DNA from: an uncultured Methanolobus sp.
GTDB taxonomy: Archaea > Halobacteriota > Methanosarcinia > Methanosarcinales > Methanosarcinaceae
Direction: 5' to 3'
DNA length: 64,000 nucleotides
NCBI GenBank assembly: GCA_963675495.1
Contig: OY776215.1
Span: forward strand, 2,752,001 to 2,816,000
Shown here: one piece after another, positions 20,486-28,401 of the stretch
How the letters are laid out: each line of letters starts with the position of its first letter
How positions within the stretch are numbered: position 1 is the first letter of the stretch
Made by a program: the position numbers and the translations under genes
The notes under the pieces: generated by a model
Seen by the model: the letters and a program-made list of their open reading frames with translations, nothing else
What the model was told of the DNA's origin: nothing
Databases searched by the model: none

Positions 20486-21799
20486 TTATTTTTTAATTCC
20501 AGTGTAACTGGATGATCCAAATCCCAGATCAATGATCTTATTTCTGGAAATCATTATTGAAATGACGTTTTTAGCTCCGTTGATGCTCAATCCTGTCCTT
20601 TCAGCTAGATCTTCAGCATCAAATGAATCCTTTTGCTCGATAAGGGATGAAATTTCATTTTCAAGAGTTACGTAGGTGTCTAAATTGTGCCATACTTTAA
20701 GCTGGTCTGCATGTTCCACGTTTTTATTAAATAGTACTTCGCCTGTTTCAAGATCATAGAGATAGAGAATCAGTCGAGGGTGAATATAATTTTGTGACCA
20801 GACTTTAATGTCATTTTTCCACTCTGAATTCAAAAGACAAATACTTTTATGTTGACCTTTTGGAACTACGTCTGCTTCTCTTTGCACGAACTGCATCATA
20901 GTTCTTACATCCTCAAATGGATGCCAGCAAGTCTCAAACGTGAGGAGGGGTTTCAAAACAGTATCCATTATGCTTCCGGAAATGAATTTCTCGGATTTGT
21001 TTATTTTCCATTTTCTATCTCCGATGTAGTCCCCATTTAGTGATATTTCGGGCTGGCATGCAGAATATTTGTGTTCCAGTACGTTCATGTAATTATAAAG
21101 TCTCGAAAGTACTTCCGTATCGATGCTTTCCTCTGAAGTTCTCTCGATTTGACCTGAAACAAATCTTTCCGAACTCATTGAAGGTGCCAATATATTTTTT
21201 GAGAGTTTTGAAGATCCAGATGATTTTCCTATGGTATCTACCAGGGATGGTGCTGAAGTCTCATCATCAGTTTCAATTGGAATCTGTTTCTTGCCGGAAA
21301 TCAAACGTTCTGAGCTGTTTAATTCCATTTGTTTTAGTTTGAATTCTTTAAGAAGATTCTTGTCTACAATAATGCGCTGCTCAATATCTTTTTTGAAGTT
21401 GTCAAGAAGATCTTCCAACAGAAAAATGTCAATCGTTCCTGTTGAACTGACCAGTGAAGAGAAAATTTCTTTCAATTTGGCAGAGTCCTCCAACAAGTTG
21501 TCTTCTTTCCTGTAAAAATCCTCCAGTGTACCCTCTCTGCCAGAAAACCCATCAAGCTCTTTGTTTTTTATATCTGAAAGAAGCTGGGATACATTTGTCC
21601 TGATATTGCGAAGCTGAAAATTGATCTCTGTAGCTTTTTGTGCATAAGTTCGCTGAATAAGTTTTTCAACAGAGCTATAAACATCGTTCAGGTTCTTGAT
21701 TACAATTTGCCGATTATTCTGTTCCAGAGCTTCGGGGTCTTTTAACACTTCCATCTTAATCTTTTCCTGATTATTTAGACCATAGTCAACTTTGTTCAC
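20486..21799 (-). CDS. Hypothetical protein: helical N-terminus, Ser-rich linker, alpha/beta domain, C-terminal winged-helix-like domain
   Basis: 437-aa ORF. The C-terminus FDAEDLAERTGLSINGAKNVISIMISRNKI fits an HTH/wH pattern. Last gene of the minus-strand ESCRT-like run. Confidence 0.75.
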   Translation of the reverse strand: MNKVDYGLNNQEKIKMEVLKDPEALEQNNRQIVIKNLNDVYSSVEKLIQRTYAQKATEINFQLRNIRTNVSQLLSDIKNKELDGFSGREGTLEDFYRKEDNLLEDSAKLKEIFSSLVSSTGTIDIFLLEDLLDNFKKDIEQRIIVDKNLLKEFKLKQMELNSSERLISGKKQIPIETDDETSAPSLVDTIGKSSGSSKLSKNILAPSMSSERFVSGQIERTSEESIDTEVLSRLYNYMNVLEHKYSACQPEISLNGDYIGDRKWKINKSEKFISGSIMDTVLKPLLTFETCWHPFEDVRTMMQFVQREADVVPKGQHKSICLLNSEWKNDIKVWSQNYIHPRLILYLYDLETGEVLFNKNVEHADQLKVWHNLDTYVTLENEISSLIEQKDSFDAEDLAERTGLSINGAKNVISIMISRNKIIDLGFGSSSYTGIKK

Positions 21800-21865
21800 A
21801 TATAAATTTTTATAACTGTCAATTGGATGTTCTATATTTAATAATTGGGAGGTTAATATACATAT

Positions 21866-23131
21866 TCATACTACCTCGTGTGTTCCAAGGTCAATGGGCT
21901 CTTGCTGGCAAAGAATCTCATTCACCTCAAAGGAGAAATTGAGATTGCCAAGATCTATCTTTCCAGCACTAATCGGTTTTATTGCAAGGGATGTATATGC
22001 CGATGCATGTGGCTGTATTTCAGGTATGCAAGTGCCAGTATTATGACATTCTATAAAGGAAGAGAAGCAGCTATTGAAGCAAACATTGCTGACAATCTCA
22101 TCAGATATGTTCTCTACATAAATACTCAATGTGTTACCAACTTCACAGTATAGTGTTTCGGGGACATTGACCTTTACTTTTACATCAGGGATTCCTATGT
22201 GTTGCTCTCCAAAAGCCACCGGTCCTATCTTGCAATTGTTGCCACCCAAGGTAAATAGAATTTCAAAATATCCAATGTCCAATGTACCTGGAATTGTTGG
22301 CATGACCTGATATGTAACACTATAAGATGAACCAGGAGTCATATTTTTTGTATCTGAAAACGCCGTATCATATTTTAGTCCTTCTGGGAAAGAAGACATT
22401 ATATGCAGATTCGTCAGGTCAACATTTAATGTATTTTTCATTTTAACAGAGATTGTAGAACTATGCCCTAATCGAAGCTCTTCCAGAATCTCAATGTTCA
22501 ATCCAAAGTATGAGTGAACAATGTCAATATTTCCGAAAAATATTGGAGATTTTTGGTGTTTGTTATTGTTAATCTCAAGGTAAAGGTCACAATAGCCTGT
22601 GGATACGTTTCCTGCTAGTAGAGGTATAAAAGAGAAAGACGACGGTACTGAAGACATTGGTTCAAGGTCACCAAGATTCAAAATAGGTTTATCACATCGA
22701 ATAGTTCCCGGGAATACTGCTCTTATCCATATATTCTCTATCCTTTTTTCAGTGGGGTTATTTACCCTGAAGAAAAGCATATTATTAAATCCCAGCTCAG
22801 CAGGTTCTGTAAATTTATATTCCAGGTTTACAGAATCTACAACCTGTAATTCTTTAACTCTTCTTCTTTCAATGCCGACCTTCTTTTCGTATGTCCAGAA
22901 AATGTAGATTATGGTATAAAGAAGAAAAATGTATATCGGTGCACTGGCAACATATACCAGGTCAAGTTTATTGTTAATAGATAGTATGAGACTAACAATA
23001 AGGTATGTGGAAAGCACGATCCATAAGAACGCATATGCCTGGAAAAAAAGTCCAGTCCTGCCCCCTGCTTTGTTCTGAAGCGCATGGGAGAGTGATTTAA
23101 ATATATCCTCCAGAGGTCCAAACTTCATCAA
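21866..23131 (-). CDS. Membrane protein with two N-terminal TMs and three tandem Ig-like beta-sandwich repeats
   Basis: Two hydrophobic helices, then three ~110-aa repeats (xVxN…NI/L…F…P…G…IG…F.I) ending in xPIxxG. Confidence 0.75.
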   Translation of the reverse strand: MMKFGPLEDIFKSLSHALQNKAGGRTGLFFQAYAFLWIVLSTYLIVSLILSINNKLDLVYVASAPIYIFLLYTIIYIFWTYEKKVGIERRRVKELQVVDSVNLEYKFTEPAELGFNNMLFFRVNNPTEKRIENIWIRAVFPGTIRCDKPILNLGDLEPMSSVPSSFSFIPLLAGNVSTGYCDLYLEINNNKHQKSPIFFGNIDIVHSYFGLNIEILEELRLGHSSTISVKMKNTLNVDLTNLHIMSSFPEGLKYDTAFSDTKNMTPGSSYSVTYQVMPTIPGTLDIGYFEILFTLGGNNCKIGPVAFGEQHIGIPDVKVKVNVPETLYCEVGNTLSIYVENISDEIVSNVCFNSCFSSFIECHNTGTCIPEIQPHASAYTSLAIKPISAGKIDLGNLNFSFEVNEILCQQEPIDLGTHEVV

Positions 23132-23193
23132 AATCGCCTATCTATGAGTGAATAGTTAGTTTATGGAAGTTTAATTATAAATATATTATTGAA

Positions 23194-24936
23194 TTAATTG
23201 TCTTGTATGGTCTTTGTGCCACATTCACTGCAAAAGTTTGCACCTTGAACTATTTTTGAACCGCATGAAGGACAATAATTAGCCATAAACTCTGATTTTT
23301 GTATCACACTATCCTCCACAACAACATCATCCGTACAATTTCCATTAAGGCCACATGAGTTTAACAGGTTGCTGCGCTGGATTATGGAATCCTTTATGGT
23401 TACATTTACAACCTGCTTAACATTGCTTTTTCCATTCGAATTAGATTTCATCTCCCTGCAAAGTTCGCGACCGAATTCTGCAAGCATGCCTACAAGTGAC
23501 TCTGCGGTTCGTGTTGCACCAAAAAGTTCGATACTCCCAGTCTCTTCAGAAATTGTGATCTTCAGGATAATATCATGATCATTAACCTTTGTCTTGCCAT
23601 AATACCAGGTTTCATAATGATTCCCATCTTTGTTTCTCAAAGTCCTAACATGCCTCACATCATGACGCTGAACCATCTCGCGACATATGTTCATAAGGGT
23701 TGCAGTGTCAAAGTCTGATCTCATTTGGTATACTTTACTATCCCTGAAAGGTAGCGCAGACAAAAGTTCTTTAAGAATTCCTATATTGATATCAGAACCT
23801 GTTTTCATGATCGGGCATGTCACTGCAATTCTTTTTGGTTTCATCTCTGTGTTCAGTAGTTTCCCTTTCGCATCCTTGTAGAATATTCTGCATTTTATCT
23901 CAGAGGACTTCGAACAGATGAGAGGATCAAAATAAATCATAACTGATTTTGAATTGTTGCCTTCTATGCTTCCCAGTAGTAATCTGTCATTTTTTACTGA
24001 GTACATTGGTTCAAATCTGTCTATCCTGAAAAGGTGTTCATCAAAATCAAAATCCAATGCCACATCATTGACCACAAGTGTAGAGATATTGTTGACAGCC
24101 ATTTTTAAGCGGACAAAACCCTGGTAGAACTCGGTTTCCCTGAATACCTGCAGTTGAGTTGTAAATTCTGGAGCATCGCTATTCGCTGCAGGTATATTCT
24201 TTGATACTTCACAAATTCCTATATTAAGAGGTTCCTTATTGTAATAATCTCCATTGATAAGGTATGAAATATAAATTTTACCGAGATCTATATTGTCTGC
24301 GAGCCTTGGATACAGAAAAATAGCAGTATAGCCGGAAGAACCTGCATTTACAACGTCAATACTTACAACGTTTTCTTCACAGCGAACGAGGCGTGAGCAC
24401 TCCGCCCTTATTGAGATGTTGGTTATTGGTATGTCTGAAGGGTTTATTATGGTTATCTTTACTGGGTTTTCTGTTTCTGCTTTCAAAGGTTGTTGTATGT
24501 CTACAACAACATTGACTGCTTCACTTATCCGTTTTTCATGATTGAGTTTATTGGCCCTTTTGATTTCATTTTCAGCATTAGTTTCTTTTATGGTTTTTCG
24601 GATTCTGGAACCTGATCTAAGTGCAACAAGAGGGCAGACAAAAATTGCGATTAAAGGAGCGGGTTCGAATGAAGAGAACACCAAAGCACCGAATATTGCT
24701 ATTATGGCTCCTGCAAAAACTGCATGGGAGAGAATGTTATCTTCATTTTTTCTATTCGTAGAATTTCCGTTAATGGCTTTTGGAATAACATATGCAGTGG
24801 TAGCTGCAAGTACAACCCCTATCATTCCGCCTGCTATAACATGTGGGAATCCTCCTCCGAGGCCAAAGAAGAGGCCTATGTAAATACCTATACGCAGGTT
24901 GTCACGGGGGTCTAAATATGACCATTTAAAAGTCAT
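23194..24936 (-). CDS. Multi-TM protein with Ig-like domains, an adaptin-appendage-like region and a C-terminal zinc ribbon
   Basis: About four N-terminal TMs, beta-sandwich repeats, an alpha/beta platform-like segment, TIKDSIIQRSN and CPSCG…FCSECG. Confidence 0.75.
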   Translation of the reverse strand: MTFKWSYLDPRDNLRIGIYIGLFFGLGGGFPHVIAGGMIGVVLAATTAYVIPKAINGNSTNRKNEDNILSHAVFAGAIIAIFGALVFSSFEPAPLIAIFVCPLVALRSGSRIRKTIKETNAENEIKRANKLNHEKRISEAVNVVVDIQQPLKAETENPVKITIINPSDIPITNISIRAECSRLVRCEENVVSIDVVNAGSSGYTAIFLYPRLADNIDLGKIYISYLINGDYYNKEPLNIGICEVSKNIPAANSDAPEFTTQLQVFRETEFYQGFVRLKMAVNNISTLVVNDVALDFDFDEHLFRIDRFEPMYSVKNDRLLLGSIEGNNSKSVMIYFDPLICSKSSEIKCRIFYKDAKGKLLNTEMKPKRIAVTCPIMKTGSDINIGILKELLSALPFRDSKVYQMRSDFDTATLMNICREMVQRHDVRHVRTLRNKDGNHYETWYYGKTKVNDHDIILKITISEETGSIELFGATRTAESLVGMLAEFGRELCREMKSNSNGKSNVKQVVNVTIKDSIIQRSNLLNSCGLNGNCTDDVVVEDSVIQKSEFMANYCPSCGSKIVQGANFCSECGTKTIQDN

Positions 24937-24940
24937 AGAA

Positions 24941-26104
24941 TCACTTTTTCAGCAGTTCGGAAAAAACATCTTCTTCACCGGTCTTCTGGATTGAAGTTCT
25001 GGCTTCTATATACCAGCTGACGATGGAAGGCTTTCTTTTCTGTAATACGGTTTCGAAGTCCCGTAGTTTTATCTTTCTTGGTTCGCCGCCTCTTAAAGCC
25101 TCTCCAAGGGGGATGTCTGCAGCTTCCTTACATATGGCTGCCAGATCTGCACCGGAATAAGAATTTGTGATCGTAGCCAGGTACTTTATATCGAGATCAT
25201 CATCAATGGGCCGCTTTTTCAAATGTATATTTAGAATCGCTATCCTTGCATCCATATCTGGTTCAGGAACAAAGACAAGTTTGCTGAAACGCCCCGGGCG
25301 TCTCAGGGCAGGATCGATGGCCCATGGTTCATTTGTGGCTGCAAGCACCAGAAGATCATCGGAATCAGTATCCACGCCATCCATTTGTGCTAACAGTTCG
25401 TTTACAACTCTCTTTGCATAGTCTTCACTTTCGCTGCGTCTTCCGGCAATGGAATCAATTTCATCAAAAAAGATAATAGACCTGTTTCCCTGACGGGCAA
25501 TGTCAAAGACCTGTTTGACATTCTTTTCCGAAGCACCCACCCATTTACTTACAATACTGCTGGTCTTGACGCTGATGAACTCCGCCCCGCATTCTTTTGC
25601 AGCCGCTTTTGCCATCATGGTCTTGCCACAACCCGGGGGACCATAGAGTAAAATTCCCTCTCCGGCCTTTTGACCGTACATATTGTAGAGTTCCTTATGT
25701 GTGAAAGGGTAGATTATAGCTTTCCGTATTTCCTCTTTTACCTGTTCAAGCCCGCCGATGTCTGGAAAACCAATATCAGGCATTTCTTTGAGAAACACAT
25801 CATCTTTTGAAAGAGAAGACTCATCGTTGCTTCCGGAATTCTTCCTGGTCTGGTTATTCCCGTCAGAAGACAAAACAGCGGAACCTTTTTTTAGTGCCTG
25901 GGCTCTGGCAAACAGATGTTCTGCAAGGTCGCGCTGGGTATTGCGGTCAATAGAATCGCCAGGTATGGTGGAAGCATCATTATAGAGCTTGGCAGCTTTG
26001 AGGTATAATTCACGTGCCCTTTCAGATTCTCCTCTGTCTTCCAGGTCTTTTGCAGCTTTTGCATATCCTCGGGCCTGGGCAGCAAATGTTATGGCTGAGT
26101 TCAA
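24941..26104 (-). CDS. Vps4/CdvC-like AAA+ ATPase with an N-terminal MIT-like domain
   Basis: Three-helix N-terminus (AKAAKDLEDRGESERARELYLKAAKLY) and a single AAA module: GPPGCGKT, pore loop SKWVGASEK, FFDEID, ATNEPWAIDPALRRPGRF. Directly downstream of the Snf7-like gene. Confidence 0.82.
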   Translation of the reverse strand: MNSAITFAAQARGYAKAAKDLEDRGESERARELYLKAAKLYNDASTIPGDSIDRNTQRDLAEHLFARAQALKKGSAVLSSDGNNQTRKNSGSNDESSLSKDDVFLKEMPDIGFPDIGGLEQVKEEIRKAIIYPFTHKELYNMYGQKAGEGILLYGPPGCGKTMMAKAAAKECGAEFISVKTSSIVSKWVGASEKNVKQVFDIARQGNRSIIFFDEIDSIAGRRSESEDYAKRVVNELLAQMDGVDTDSDDLLVLAATNEPWAIDPALRRPGRFSKLVFVPEPDMDARIAILNIHLKKRPIDDDLDIKYLATITNSYSGADLAAICKEAADIPLGEALRGGEPRKIKLRDFETVLQKRKPSIVSWYIEARTSIQKTGEEDVFSELLKK

Positions 26105-26155
26105 ATACGCACCCCTGATACGAACTTAATACAGTTCAGAAAATAAGATACAGGA

Positions 26156-26725
26156 TTATTCAGTATCTGCCATCTCTGATTCTATCTTCCTGGAAAGTTC
26201 ATCCTTTTCAGGTTCTTCACTTGATAGTTCTGCAAGTAGCTCCGATCTGAGTGAATCCTGCATTTCAGAGAGTTCATTCCCACCACTCATTGCTGCATCC
26301 ATGGAGGATGTCATCATATTTGTTGCCGTGTTCACCTTTTCCATAGAGGTTCTTATGTTTGTTACAGCACCTTCGAGTTTATTGGTATCAAAGCCAAGCT
26401 GTTTCTGCCATTTTCCCAGATCTTCGCCAATTTCAACAACTTCCTTAAGACCGGTTTGCATCTCAATTACATCGGTCATGGATTGTGCCATCTCTACCAT
26501 ACTACTAATGGTGTTGACCTGTCCTTCAACAAGGGAATGTCTTCTCGATGCTACCCTGAACTCTCTGTCGTTTCCATTTGCAAGAGCTTCTTTTGCCTGT
26601 TCCCTGGATTTCTGTTGCTTTTTTATGAGTTCCTTTTCACGGCTTGTGAGTCTTTGCTCTGAAATGCTAAGTTTTGTTTTCAGCTCTTCGGGCGATACCT
26701 TCTTAAATGGATTCTTTAATGCCAT
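26156..26725 (-). CDS. ESCRT-III (Snf7/CdvB-like) helical protein
   Basis: 189 aa from ATG 26725. Amphipathic MALKNPFKK start, basic helical hairpin (…REQAKEALANGNDREFRVASRR…), acidic C-half and a terminal MIM1-like helix EKDELSRKIESEM. Confidence 0.75.
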   Translation of the reverse strand: MALKNPFKKVSPEELKTKLSISEQRLTSREKELIKKQQKSREQAKEALANGNDREFRVASRRHSLVEGQVNTISSMVEMAQSMTDVIEMQTGLKEVVEIGEDLGKWQKQLGFDTNKLEGAVTNIRTSMEKVNTATNMMTSSMDAAMSGGNELSEMQDSLRSELLAELSSEEPEKDELSRKIESEMADTE

Positions 26726-26880
26726 TACAATTCCTCTTCCATTCTTTTCTGCTTTGCATATCGTATACACAGTTTCATAGCTTCAGATTTATTGATAGCT
26801 ATTCCCATTTCTACTAATGTATCCAGATATAGTTTACTGTCTTCTGAGATTCTTGCACTCACCGGGTAAGAATTAGCCAT
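26725..26880 (-). CDS. Ribbon-helix-helix (CopG/Arc/MetJ) transcription regulator, 51 aa, absent from the ORF track
   Basis: Translated by hand: MANSYPVSARISEDSKLYLDTLVEMGIAINKSEAMKLCIRYAKQKRMEEEL*. Its stop overlaps the Snf7-like ATG (TAATG). Confidence 0.8.
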   Translation of the reverse strand: MANSYPVSARISEDSKLYLDTLVEMGIAINKSEAMKLCIRYAKQKRMEEEL

Positions 26881-27003
26881 TGTTATTCCAACTTTACGTT
26901 GATTTGTATGCTTATGTATACAATGGAAAACAATATATATAATACTTCCTCAATACCTAAATAGAAGTAAAAATCAAACATTGATAAAAAAGGTGTTAAG
27001 ATT
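26881..27003. promoter_or_regulatory. Divergent promoter region of the ESCRT-like locus
   Basis: 123-bp AT-rich gap with an ATATATATAAT TATA-like run at ~26933-26943 between head-to-head genes. Confidence 0.5.
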
Positions 27004-28296
27004 ATGGCATTCAAATGGAAAAGAGAATCAGATGATATTGCCAGGGTGGTTCCTAAAAAAGAGGTTGGGGGTTTTTTCAGTAAAGCAGTGATCCTCTCTC
27101 CGAATGAAAAGGCAGCCATGGTAAAGAATGGAGTTGTTGATAAAATAGTGGATAGCGGCAAATTGCATGTCGGCGGTCTTTTAAAACCAGGTAATGTTGG
27201 AAAAGATGTGGATGTTGCCCTGATGGATACGTCTCCCAAGGATCTGCAATGGACGCAATCCGAACTATGGACCAGGGATAATCAAAAAGTAGCCTGTAGT
27301 GGACTGCTTCGATTCAGGATACAGGAACCAAAACGTTTCTTCCAGATGCTCTACGCCTATACAACACCTGATAAAAAGGGAGTCAGGGCACTTTCCATAC
27401 AGGATGTATATTCTCGTCTTGAAAGTGAAGTGCTCACCCTTGTCCTTGAACCTGAGGTCAGGCAGGAAGACATAGAAAATCTCTATGGTAACAGGGACCT
27501 TCGCCTTAATATAGAGAATGAACTTGAAATGAGGGTCAGGTCCACATTATCTATGTGGGGGTTGGAAATGCTGAAATATACAGCCCAGTGGGAGCTTGGT
27601 TCTTATGGAAAGGTTATGCAGGCGACCAATGATTTCCAGACCAAGGAAGAACTTGCTGAGCTTGATACTCTTGCAACAGAAGGGTATTCTGAACGCAGGG
27701 GAAGGGAAGAAGTTGCAGAAATGCGCGCCGGTCATGCAGCAATTTCAACAGAAAAGGATTTTCAGCGTAATCAAAAACTGGGGGATGTTAAATCTGAGCT
27801 TGAGATCGAAAGGTTGCAACATGAAGCAGACATGCGGGAAGCAAGGGAAGCAATCGGCCTTAAAGAAGAATTAAAACTTGCAAAGGCACGGGGCATGCGA
27901 GTGGAGCTTGAAGTCGAACAGGACATGAAAGACCGTGATCATGGTCGTGATATGGAATACCTGAAACATATTACAGAAGCTGGCGGAACTGATGTTGCAA
28001 AGACTGTGAGTGAGGGTCGCGAATACGGACGTATGTCGCCGGAGCAACTGGAAGCCCTTGCAAAGGTCAAACAGAGTGAAGCTGTTGCAAAGGAAGATAA
28101 GGTTAATTTTATGATGGAAGTTGAGGACAGGGAACGCGCCGATTCATATCGAAGGCAGGAGCTTGATGCTTCTATGATGGGTGCAGCAAAGGGCAAGACT
28201 TCACCCACCGTGAGAAAATGTCCGGGCTGCGGTTCAACAATTCCTTTAGAATCAAGTTTTTGTAGTCAGTGTGGGAAGAAACTTACTGATATTTGA
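27004..28296 (+). CDS. SPFH (band 7/flotillin-like) domain protein with coiled coil and C-terminal zinc ribbon
   Basis: LSPNEKAAMVKNG…TRDNQKVACSGLLRFRI…WGLEM fits the SPFH pattern. Long E/R/A-rich coiled coil; CPGCG…FCSQCG. Confidence 0.82.
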   Translation: MAFKWKRESDDIARVVPKKEVGGFFSKAVILSPNEKAAMVKNGVVDKIVDSGKLHVGGLLKPGNVGKDVDVALMDTSPKDLQWTQSELWTRDNQKVACSGLLRFRIQEPKRFFQMLYAYTTPDKKGVRALSIQDVYSRLESEVLTLVLEPEVRQEDIENLYGNRDLRLNIENELEMRVRSTLSMWGLEMLKYTAQWELGSYGKVMQATNDFQTKEELAELDTLATEGYSERRGREEVAEMRAGHAAISTEKDFQRNQKLGDVKSELEIERLQHEADMREAREAIGLKEELKLAKARGMRVELEVEQDMKDRDHGRDMEYLKHITEAGGTDVAKTVSEGREYGRMSPEQLEALAKVKQSEAVAKEDKVNFMMEVEDRERADSYRRQELDASMMGAAKGKTSPTVRKCPGCGSTIPLESSFCSQCGKKLTDI

Positions 28297-28304
28297 TACG
28301 AATT

Positions 28305-28333
28305 GTATGAACTTAGTTCATACTTCCTTTTTT
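28305..28333 (+). terminator. Hairpin plus T-tract after the SPFH gene
   Basis: GTATGAAC/GTTCATAC stem followed by TTCCTTTTTT. Confidence 0.5.
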
Positions 28334-28401
28334 AAGCGAAGACTAAATATCACTATGGCTAAAACAGTAAAACGGTAATATGGAAAGATAAAGGTGAAAT
28401 A

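Noticed and set aside
24941-26104. Calling the AAA ATPase Cdc48, PAN or FtsH
   Set aside because: It has a single AAA module and no Cdc48 N-domain, PAN coiled-coil/OB domain, TM or protease domain. The helical N-domain and the Snf7-like neighbour favour a Vps4-like call.
26726-26770. ORF-track N-terminal extension (MYTICK…) of the Snf7-like gene
   Set aside because: It overlaps the RHH gene in another frame, and the TAATG coupling supports the ATG at 26725.
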